From positions 1 through 47,997 of the IMG/VR virus record IMGVR_UViG_3300045988_161434: a stretch of 47,997 nt of DNA; one strand, given 5' to 3'. A program made the translations under genes and the position numbers. This stretch comes from a virus. Below the pieces are notes generated by a model, which was not told where the DNA came from, did no database searches, and was given only the letters and a program-made list of their open reading frames with translations. Below are positions 16,666 through 23,541 of this stretch, piece by piece. Each line of letters begins with the position of its first letter. Position 1 is the first letter of the stretch.

Positions 16666-17040
16666 TTATTCACTCACTTTCTTTTTCCCATACATAAATC
16701 TATTCTTATTCTCTTTATCGTACATTATAATGTTTTCTCTTCTCTGCTTAGGAGTTAAGCCATTATAAACCACATAGTAATTGTCTAAGTCAAAAGGAAT
16801 AGTTATATCTTTTAAATCGTTACTTTTTGCAATCAAGTCAAAATTGTTATAATCTCCCTCAATAAATGCTTTAAATATCATAGAGCCAACCAAACCCTCT
16901 TTATTATAATAACTTAATATATGCTTAGTAATGTCTTCTATCTCATTTGAAAACACATTTATATCAAAAACCCTAAATCTCTTTCTATCTATTAAAGTGA
17001 TTTTTTGTGAAACCCCTCTAATCAAAATATAACTATACAT
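16666..17040 (-). CDS. hypothetical protein
   Basis: Probable start MYSYILIRG at 17040 with RBS AAGGTGGTGGCAACAAATG; the track start at 17091 is a TTG. Confidence 0.4.
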   Translation of the reverse strand: MYSYILIRGVSQKITLIDRKRFRVFDINVFSNEIEDITKHILSYYNKEGLVGSMIFKAFIEGDYNNFDLIAKSNDLKDITIPFDLDNYYVVYNGLTPKQRRENIIMYDKENKNRFMYGKKKVSE

Positions 17041-17380
17041 TTGTTGCCACCACCTTATTATACTTTCTGATTGTTTCTCTACACCAATCAAAAAACTCTT
17101 TTAAATGTTTTATGTCGTTGAAGTTATCAATATTAAGTAAGTAACTATTATTTCCAATTAAATCACTAGCATACCATTTGATTTCTTTTTCAGTAATCAC
17201 ATCTTTATCAAAATATTCCATAACATCAAATATATCAAAACACTCTACAAACTTAAATCTTCTAAATCTTGTTCCCTCTTCATTATAAATCTTTCCATAG
17301 GCTATATAATAATAATTATGTGCCATATCATTGTTAACCTCTAATAACTTATACATTCTTGTAATTCTAAAATCTACCAT
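17033..17380 (-). CDS. hypothetical protein
   Basis: Probable start MVDFRITRM at 17380 with RBS GAGAGGAGATGTTTGTTATG. Confidence 0.4.
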   Translation of the reverse strand: MVDFRITRMYKLLEVNNDMAHNYYYIAYGKIYNEEGTRFRRFKFVECFDIFDVMEYFDKDVITEKEIKWYASDLIGNNSYLLNIDNFNDIKHLKEFFDWCRETIRKYNKVVATNV

Positions 17381-17408
17381 AACAAACATCTCCTCTCATT
17401 TCTTTTAA

Positions 17409-17672
17409 TTATATATAATAGATTGTATCAACAATATTCTCGTTCTTATCATAGATATATCTACATACAAACTCTATGATAAGTGGAGACTTGCCGACTT
17501 CTGCTAATTCAATACTACAATTATAACAATCATTTACTTCATCATATTCACTATTACAATTACTTATTTCACTACTATAATCGTATATGTTATCACTATA
17601 GTATCTATCAAAATATTTACTTGCTTTCTCTCCAATGTATTTACCTAATTCTTCATAACTAATTTTCTTCAT
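17409..17672 (-). CDS. hypothetical acidic Cys-containing protein
   Basis: Start MKKISYEEL at 17672 with RBS AAAGGAGGGTGAATAGTATG. Confidence 0.4.
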   Translation of the reverse strand: MKKISYEELGKYIGEKASKYFDRYYSDNIYDYSSEISNCNSEYDEVNDCYNCSIELAEVGKSPLIIEFVCRYIYDKNENIVDTIYYI

Positions 17673-17687
17673 ACTATTCACCCTCCT

Positions 17688-17714
17688 TTACAAACTAGAA
17701 CTATCTTGTATAAT
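17688..17714 (+). promoter_or_regulatory. candidate rightward (antisense) promoter inside the leftward operon, embedded in the second operator pair
   Basis: TTTACA, 15-bp spacer, TGTATAAT (TATAAT at 17709-17714), between the operator copies at 17691-17703 and 17730-17742. Confidence 0.3.
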
Positions 17715-17742
17715 ATTTACAAACTTATACAAACTAGAACTA
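17691..17742. repeat. second pair of CAAACTAGAACTA direct repeats (operator candidates), 39 bp apart
   Basis: Exact 13-mers at 17691-17703 and 17730-17742 in the only sizeable intergenic gap of the leftward operon. Confidence 0.5.
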
Positions 17743-17756
17743 TTTTACCTATTTTT

Positions 17757-18005
17757 TTAATTTTTGTTATCTTTCTGACAACAATTTAATATTTCTATAT
17801 AAACAAGCATTAAACTATTAACATATCTATTTTCATAGCAATTTCTAATATCTTCAATGCTGTCATATAGGACATCATCATTTTCAAAAGCCCAACCATA
17901 TAGAAAATCTTTTGTATTGATTTTTTTTAGTGATTGATATTTGTTTTTATCAACATTTTTTCTTAGTCTTTTGATTTCCTCAAACATTTCCTCTAAATCA
18001 TACAT
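17757..18005 (-). CDS. hypothetical protein (first gene of the leftward operon)
   Basis: 82 aa; RBS AAAGGAGAAATTATTATG. Confidence 0.45.
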   Translation of the reverse strand: MYDLEEMFEEIKRLRKNVDKNKYQSLKKINTKDFLYGWAFENDDVLYDSIEDIRNCYENRYVNSLMLVYIEILNCCQKDNKN

Positions 18006-18035
18006 AATAATTTCTCCTTTCCCTCTTTGACAATC

Positions 18036-18072
18036 ATATCATACCACACTTTTTTTCTAGTTATGACTATAG
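18036..18072 (-). promoter_or_regulatory. leftward promoter PL2: extended -10 (GTGTGGTATGAT) plus the upstream box CTATAGTCATAACTAG at -27..-41
   Basis: The minus-strand -10 lies at plus 18038-18046; the box lies at plus 18058-18072. Confidence 0.5.
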
Positions 18073-18073
18073 A

Positions 18074-18157
18074 AAGAAGTTTTTGATATTTTTGTAAAAA
18101 AGTTTTCATTTTCTATCTCAAAAAGAAGTTTTTCATATATTCTATAGAGAAGTTTTT
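18074..18157. repeat. second iteron-like array: 3 full copies of AAGAAGTTTTT plus 1 degenerate copy
   Basis: Copies at 18074, 18123 and 18148, with a degenerate copy at 18099. It shares an extended unit, AAGAAGTTTTTCA-N8-ATAGAGAAGTTTT, with the 13364-13397 array. Confidence 0.55.
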
Positions 18158-18222
18158 TTCCTTTTCCATAGAATAATGATTTTTGATTTCATAGAACACT
18201 CTTTTTTTGCCTTTTGCCACCA

Positions 18223-18247
18223 ATCAATCATTAATTAATTGATTGAT
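18223..18247. repeat. 25-bp near-perfect palindrome ATCAATCA-TTAATTAAT-TGATTGAT
   Basis: Inverted repeat read directly from the sequence; lies between iteron array 2 and PL1. Confidence 0.5.
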
Positions 18248-18272
18248 AGACACCTCTTTTTTGATTACATAT

Positions 18273-18309
18273 ATATTATATCATTAAATATTTTTACTTA
18301 TGACTATAG
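18273..18309 (-). promoter_or_regulatory. leftward promoter PL1 with the same geometry: TGATATAAT plus the box CTATAGTCATAAGTAA
   Basis: -10 at plus 18275-18283; the box at plus 18294-18309 is identical to the 13811-13826 copy. Confidence 0.45.
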
Positions 18310-18340
18310 ACAAAAAAACATCAAAAAAAAGAATACTTTT

Positions 18341-18553
18341 TTAGTATTCTTCGCTAATTATTAGATACTTTTTATCAATTAAATGTTTGTAACCATTGTC
18401 TATACTATATATTATATTGTTGAATATACTTTTATTATTCTTTAGGTTGATGTCTCTTCTTAATTCATTAATATTTAGATATTCTTTTATATATTCAATA
18501 TCATTATTACTATTATTATATTTATATAATATGTATCTTCTTTTTCTTTTCAT
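18341..18553 (-). CDS. hypothetical basic/Asn-rich protein
   Basis: 70-aa ORF. Confidence 0.35.
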   Translation of the reverse strand: MKRKRRYILYKYNNSNNDIEYIKEYLNINELRRDINLKNNKSIFNNIIYSIDNGYKHLIDKKYLIISEEY

Positions 18554-18559
18554 TTGCTT

Positions 18560-18775
18560 TTACTCTTCTTCTTGTTCTTCTTTGTAGTATGTTTCGTATG
18601 TCTCAGTGTCTTCAAATTCTAAATATTGCTCAATTTCTCTATAACCTGTCAAAATATAAAGAACATTGTCTAAAGTGTCCTCACAATACCCATCAAGTGC
18701 AACGGCTACGTCAAGAGTTTGCTCCTCTGCTATATTTGTATCTAATAAATAGTTATAATATTCTTCTAAAGTCAT
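18560..18775 (-). CDS. hypothetical strongly acidic protein (Glu/Tyr-rich)
   Basis: 71 aa; RBS AAAAGGAAAGAGGTAAAATAAAATG. Confidence 0.4.
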   Translation of the reverse strand: MTLEEYYNYLLDTNIAEEQTLDVAVALDGYCEDTLDNVLYILTGYREIEQYLEFEDTETYETYYKEEQEEE

Positions 18776-18813
18776 TTTATTTTACCTCTTTCCTTTTAAA
18801 ATTATTTTATTGT

Positions 18814-18966
18814 TTATTTTACTAATTTACTTATGTAACATTTACAAGCATGTAAACTTAATAGATTAGTCTTTATATATTCATTATCTTTTTTTATATG
18901 CCACATATAGTCATTTATTAGTGGTATATACTCAATTTCACATACATAACCTTTATAGCTTATCAT
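18814..18966 (-). CDS. hypothetical small protein (50 aa, not in the track)
   Basis: Strong RBS AAAAAAGGAGGTGGCTGAATATG. Confidence 0.3.
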   Translation of the reverse strand: MISYKGYVCEIEYIPLINDYMWHIKKDNEYIKTNLLSLHACKCYISKLVK

Positions 18967-19072
18967 ATTCAGCCACCTCCTTTTTTATACATCTATATTA
19001 TACATCTTTTTCATATAAATGTCAATACTTTTATATATTGCTATATAAATATATATATATATAAGATATATG

Positions 19073-19094
19073 TATATAGTGTTAACACTATATA
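19073..19094. repeat. perfect 22-bp palindrome TATATAGTGTTAACACTATATA within a roughly 260-bp very AT-rich region containing (AT)n runs
   Basis: Seen directly in the sequence; the surrounding 18990-19260 has no credible ORF. Confidence 0.55.
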
Positions 19095-19260
19095 TAGTAT
19101 ATATTATATTCTTTATTATACTATTAGTACTATATATTATAAAAGGGCAAAAAGTAATTAGTTTTTTTATCTTTATAAAGGTTAATACTTTTATATATAT
19201 AAATGTAATGTTCTTTATATGTCTATATTTCCTAGTTATCATATTGTGCAATAATGAAAC

Positions 19261-19380
19261 TAGACGCCCCTACCAACCCCCCTATATAGACTGGAAATAT
19301 GCCCGAATTACCCCCTCTCCCAACTTCAACAAAAAATTCAAGAGGGAAAAATCCCATCCCCAACTAGAGCAAAAATTTCA
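19261..19380. other. C-rich island (multiple C3-C7 runs; G-runs on the minus strand) in an otherwise AT-rich genome, a candidate structured origin or recombination site
   Basis: CGCCCCTACCAACCCCCCTA ... CCCCCTCTCCC ... CCCATCCCC; no supported ORF. Confidence 0.35.
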
Positions 19381-19392
19381 AAAGGCAAAAAA

Positions 19393-19405
19393 GTGTGGTA
19401 TAATA
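19393..19405 (+). promoter_or_regulatory. extended -10 promoter (TGTGGTATAAT) for the HExxH gene
   Basis: Same GTGGTATAAT core as the leftward promoters; the -35 is weak (ATTTCA). Confidence 0.4.
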
Positions 19406-19424
19406 GAAGTGAAGGTAAAGAAAG

Positions 19425-19787
19425 ATGAAAGAGATAGGAAAGGTAAAGATAATAAATAGGGAGTATAGGATATATGGACATGAAGAATTAAAAGAGATAA
19501 ATGAGGCATATAATAAAGCATGTGAAGAATGTGAGATAGAGGAAAATAAGGGAAATAGGGAAGTAGTAGATGGCTTTTGTGATTATTGTAAGAAAGAGAT
19601 ACATGTTCTAGTAAGGAAAGATAAGGAATATGAAGAAGAAGTATTAAGGCATGAAGTAACACATTGTTTGCTATTTCAGATGGGGTATTCGTTTCATAAT
19701 GATGAAGAATGGGTAGAAAAGATAAGTAAGATAAGTAAGGTACTAGAAGATACGATAGAAAGTATTGACAAAATAAAAACAGAGTGA
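19425..19787 (+). CDS. small HExxH zinc-metallopeptidase-like protein (ImmA/SprT-like) with a CxxC...CxxC zinc ribbon
   Basis: 120 aa; HEVTH motif followed by hydrophobic residues; CEEC and CDYC pairs upstream. Confidence 0.4.
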   Translation: MKEIGKVKIINREYRIYGHEELKEINEAYNKACEECEIEENKGNREVVDGFCDYCKKEIHVLVRKDKEYEEEVLRHEVTHCLLFQMGYSFHNDEEWVEKISKISKVLEDTIESIDKIKTE

Positions 19788-20314
19788 TACAATGAAGGTG
19801 GATTGAGGAAGAGAAGTAGAGGCTTTCTTAATCTAACAAACATCACACATCAAATAAGATGTATCTCAGTGTTACTTCTCGTAAGTAGCACAGAGTAGGT
19901 ATATTAATTTAAGTAGCAGATATTGAGGAATAAAACTAATTGTTTGAAAAATATGAAGTACAAATATTTTAGATTAGTGTAGAAATTGAAAACGACTCAA
20001 TGGTACAAGTGCGAAACTTGTATGTATCTATTCTGTGGTGCTTAAGAAAAAAGCACTAGCCCCTTTTTATATAGAAAGTTTTTTATTTTCTAATGTGTTG
20101 TGTTTAAAATTGTAAACTAAGAACTTTTTTTGACCAAAAAACTACACTGCTTGTTATAGGCAGTGTGCTGAGATGTATAAAAAAACGAGCATGGAAGAAA
20201 GGTTTTCATTCTAGAAAGTTTCTGTAGAGGTTTGAGTCCTCTGAAATCCATTATATCTTGGCACAGTGCTTATGAATAACTCTAAATGCACACTATTTTA
20301 ACCCCCTTTATTGA

Positions 20315-20344
20315 AAGAGACTTTAAATAAGAGTCTCTTTTATT
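20315..20344 (+). terminator. rho-independent terminator at the end of the ORF-free structured region
   Basis: 8-bp stem AAGAGACT / AGTCTCTT with a 9-nt loop, followed by TTTTATT. Confidence 0.45.
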
Positions 20345-20504
20345 ATTGATAAAGGGAAATTAAAGTGATATAATAAAGATGTAAATAAAGGGATTGTGAT
20401 GCCAATGAGAAGAAAAGTAGAAAATAAGGAAAAAGATTAGGTGGAAAAATGTTAATGTAATGTTTTTTTGCCTTTTTTTTAAATAAAGAGAAGGAAAGGA
20501 GAAA

Positions 20505-20801
20505 GTGATGGATGATATTTATAATGAAATAAGGAAGGCAATGTTCAAGAATGTTGATGAATTATATCAAAATAGGAAGAAAATAAGGAAAGAATATCAA
20601 AATTTAGAAGAATATGCAAAAAAAGAAGTGTATAAGTGGTGGTTTTTCTTCTATTTGTGTCAATTAAAGAACCCTTTGAAGGAATTATTGTGGGATTATT
20701 TGAATAATAGAGGGAATGAACAAGTACTTGCAAATGAATATAAAAACTTTTGTGAAAAGAGGAAAATGCTTTATCCCCCTGAAATTGACAAAATAGACTA
20801 A
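20505..20801 (+). CDS. hypothetical protein
   Basis: 98 aa; RBS GAAAGGAGAAAGTGATG. Confidence 0.4.
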   Translation: MMDDIYNEIRKAMFKNVDELYQNRKKIRKEYQNLEEYAKKEVYKWWFFFYLCQLKNPLKELLWDYLNNRGNEQVLANEYKNFCEKRKMLYPPEIDKID

Positions 20802-20849
20802 TTATAATATAATTATCGCAGTAAGATATACCAAAAAGGAGATAATTAT

Positions 20850-21149
20850 ATGATACATACAATATTAACAACAGCCATAGGGAGCATTACTTCTTTAATT
20901 ATAGGATACTTAATAAAATGCCTTTCTAACTATAAAAAAAGAGATGATGTTCAAAGCAAAGCCCTAAGAAATATACTTAAAGGGAATTTAGTGAATCAAT
21001 TTTATGTTTATGAAGAAATAGGAAGTGTTCCTAGATATGTTAAAGAAGCATGGTATGATATGTTTGAAAGTTATACTGAATTAAATGGGAACAGTTTCGT
21101 TAAACATGATATCGAACCGAAGTTTGCAAAACTTACAATTAAAGATTAG
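20850..21149 (+). CDS. hypothetical N-terminally membrane-anchored protein
   Basis: 99 aa; TM segment ILTTAIGSITSLIIGYLI; RBS AAAAAGGAGATAATTATATG. Confidence 0.4.
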   Translation: MIHTILTTAIGSITSLIIGYLIKCLSNYKKRDDVQSKALRNILKGNLVNQFYVYEEIGSVPRYVKEAWYDMFESYTELNGNSFVKHDIEPKFAKLTIKD

Positions 21150-21202
21150 TTTGACTTTTAGAAATAAAAGGTTTATAATATGCTGCAAAAAGGAGGAAAT
21201 AT

Positions 21203-21457
21203 ATGGGTAACACTAGAGATTTTAAAGAAAATTCTGAAGAAAGTTTAGCGATGGAACTTTTAAAAGACTTCAAAAAGCAAAATAAAAGACAATTTGTGAT
21301 AATATTGGTTTTACTTTTAATGTTTACTTGTTTACTTGGATACACTATCTGGTTATTAAACGATATAGGCACTACAACTGATACAATAGATATTGATGAT
21401 GTTGATAACATAGATAATTCACATATTAAAATAGGTGATGACTTATGGGAAAGATAA
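21203..21457 (+). CDS. hypothetical membrane protein
   Basis: 84 aa; TM segment FVIILVLLLMFTCLLGYTIWLL; RBS AAAAAGGAGGAAATATATG. Confidence 0.4.
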   Translation: MGNTRDFKENSEESLAMELLKDFKKQNKRQFVIILVLLLMFTCLLGYTIWLLNDIGTTTDTIDIDDVDNIDNSHIKIGDDLWER

Positions 21458-21581
21458 AACTAACTAAAACAACGAAATATCGTAAATCTCAAACTATTAA
21501 AGATAAAAACGGTATGCTACATTGCAAATCATGTGGTGCTTTTGTTGGAAATAAAGGTAAAAAGAAGAAAAAGTAATAATT

Positions 21582-21782
21582 ATGTTACGATTAGAACTGA
21601 CAAAGAAAGAAGCAGAGGACATTAAAAGCAAAGTTTATTTTAGCGAATTACAGGAGAGAATATTTGATTATAGATTAAAAGAATATAGCATTACTAAAAT
21701 GGCAATGCTAGAAAATTGCAGCGAAAGTACTATTAATAGAGAAATCAAAAAAATCAAGAGAAAAATAAGTAAGGTGATTTAA
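21582..21782 (+). CDS. small transcriptional regulator with a sigma-70 region-4-like HTH (candidate late-gene activator)
   Basis: 66 aa; LQERIFDYRLKEYSITKMAMLENCSESTINREIKKIKRKI resembles the sigma region 4.2 / ArpU-RinA-type HTH; positioned before the late modules. Confidence 0.4.
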   Translation: MLRLELTKKEAEDIKSKVYFSELQERIFDYRLKEYSITKMAMLENCSESTINREIKKIKRKISKVI

Positions 21783-21819
21783 CTATCGCTTTGAAAATAA
21801 TATGGTATTTTTGAGACAC

Positions 21820-21848
21820 GAAGTAGAGATTATCTACTTCTTTTTTTA
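21820..21848 (+). terminator. rho-independent terminator after the regulator gene
   Basis: GAAGTAGA-GATTA-TCTACTTC hairpin followed by TTTTTTT. Confidence 0.55.
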
Positions 21849-22008
21849 TTATATAATGAAGTTGTAAAAGAAAAGGAAGTAAATATCTTTAAAATCAGTG
21901 ATGAAAACTTTTCTTAATGAGAAAGGAGATAGAATATGCAAAAAAATAAATTTAATCAATTGCGATATTACTATCTTCTTTTATTGATGACTTAGAAAGG
22001 AGAATGAT

Positions 22009-22452
22009 ATGTATAATCCATATAATAATCAGATGTATATGCAAGATTTGCAGGGATTAAGGGATAGGATAGATAGACAGATGCAACTGGCTAATCAAAA
22101 TCAGCCACAAACTGCTCCTATTACTCAGAATTTCCAACTTGCTCCCAATCAGAACAATGGAATCAAATATGTCAATACTATTGATGATGTGAGAAAAGAA
22201 CTAGTCTTTGCTGATACATTATTTGTAAATAAGGAATACTCTCTTATGTGGCTCAAGAATGCTTCTGGAGATATAAAGTCATACGAACTAAAGGAAATAG
22301 TAGAATTGGACCAAAAAGACCAGAAAATTAAAGAATTAGAAGAAAAAATAAATATGTTGATGAAGGAGAAAGAAAATGAACAATATGCTAACGAAAATGC
22401 TACTGGGTCAGTTACAAACAAGAAACCCACAAATGGCAAGTCAAATCAGTAA
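22009..22452 (+). CDS. hypothetical Q/N-rich protein (moron island)
   Basis: 147 aa; N-terminal Gln/Asn-rich low-complexity region, then a coiled coil; RBS GAAAGGAGAATGATATG. Confidence 0.4.
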   Translation: MYNPYNNQMYMQDLQGLRDRIDRQMQLANQNQPQTAPITQNFQLAPNQNNGIKYVNTIDDVRKELVFADTLFVNKEYSLMWLKNASGDIKSYELKEIVELDQKDQKIKELEEKINMLMKEKENEQYANENATGSVTNKKPTNGKSNQ

Positions 22453-22600
22453 TGCTATGCAAAATGGGGCTAATCCACAGGCTCTAATGAAACAAATGAT
22501 GGGAAATGTGGATAATAATCAAATGCAAAGTGTATTAAGTCAGGCTAGAAATTTAGGTGTTCCAGATAACATTCTACAACAAATACAAAATACTAGATAG
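22376..22600 (+). CDS. hypothetical Q/N/M-rich protein in the +1 frame overlapping the previous ORF
   Basis: 74 aa; its composition mirrors the upstream gene; 77-nt overlap. Confidence 0.3.
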   Translation: MNNMLTKMLLGQLQTRNPQMASQISNAMQNGANPQALMKQMMGNVDNNQMQSVLSQARNLGVPDNILQQIQNTR

Positions 22601-22634
22601 GTATCTATCATCTTCCCTATAATGGGAAAATGAT

Positions 22635-23318
22635 TTGATATATAAAGAAAAAGAAAGGAGAGATATTATGGAAGCAATGCAAACTACAGGAATAATTCCA
22701 ACAATGGACTATTCCAGAAATTATGATGGTTTTGGAGAAAACTCATGGTTTTGGGTAATAATCCTACTATTTGCTTTCTGGGGAAACAATGGCTGGGGTA
22801 ATAGAAACAACGGTTTAGAGACAGATATTGACACTAGATTCTTAGAAAGAGATATCTTTAACACTAACCAAAATGTTTCAACTACAGGCTGTCAAACTCA
22901 GAGAGACATTCTTGAGACTAAATATAATTTAGGCACTCAAGTATTGGAAAACAGATTTAACTGTTCTCAAAATGCTTGTGCTACTCAAAAAGAGATTCTA
23001 CAAAATAGATACGATAATGCACTTCAAACTCAAACATTATCTTCTCAAATGGCACAATGCTGCTGCGATTTGAGAGCAGAGGGCTTAGCAAACACTCAAA
23101 AGGTAATCGACTTAATTCAACAAGATAAGATTGACCAATTAAGAGACCAAGTTTACACTACAAACCTTGCTCTAAATAATGCAAACTTAACAAATCAAAT
23201 AGTTAATTCTATAATTCCAAGACCAGCACCTGCATACCCAAGTTGTAGCCCATTCGTTCCATCAACTTACGGATATGGCTGCAATTCATGTGGATGTGGT
23301 TCTGCCACAATAATCTAA
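22635..23318 (+). CDS. hypothetical membrane protein with a Cys/Gln-rich C-terminal region (spore-coat/exosporium-like composition)
   Basis: 227 aa; TM segment WFWVIILLFAFWGNNGW; cysteine clusters QCCCD and GCNSCGCGS; RBS AAAGAAAGGAGAGATATTATG. Confidence 0.45.
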   Translation: MIYKEKERRDIMEAMQTTGIIPTMDYSRNYDGFGENSWFWVIILLFAFWGNNGWGNRNNGLETDIDTRFLERDIFNTNQNVSTTGCQTQRDILETKYNLGTQVLENRFNCSQNACATQKEILQNRYDNALQTQTLSSQMAQCCCDLRAEGLANTQKVIDLIQQDKIDQLRDQVYTTNLALNNANLTNQIVNSIIPRPAPAYPSCSPFVPSTYGYGCNSCGCGSATII

Positions 23319-23379
23319 GCATAAGCCTATTAAAGGAACTCGTAAGAGAATTGCTAATCCGTGGAATCACACGGAATAA

Positions 23380-23407
23380 AGATAGGCTTAAAAAACCTAT
23401 CTTTTTT
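23380..23407 (+). terminator. rho-independent terminator
   Basis: AGATAGG-CTTAAAAAA-CCTATCT hairpin followed by TTTTTT. Confidence 0.55.
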
Positions 23408-23541
23408 ATAAAACGAAAAATAGAAAAAATTCGTTTTATATATAAAAAATACACAATCATTGTGTAAATACTATGAAAAAAACATAAAAATGTACATTAT
23501 TTTCAAAAAAAATGTGCAAAATTGAAAGGAGAAAAGATAAA

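Noticed and set aside
19070-19459. 129-aa plus-strand ORF and 88-aa minus-strand ORF (18985-19251) across the AT-rich and C-rich region
   Set aside because: The translations are homopolymeric Ile/Tyr/Leu/Phe runs produced by (AT)n and TATA repeats. There is no RBS, and they overlap the palindrome and promoter. They are treated as non-coding.
20031-20068. Terminator-like hairpin GTGCTT-AAGAAAA-AAGCAC followed by CCCCTTTTT
   Set aside because: The T-run is separated from the stem by 7 nt, so it is at best a weak terminator or a processing site. It is mentioned only within the ncRNA-region finding. Coordinates here may also be off by 1 because of a hand-indexing discrepancy near 19381-19460.
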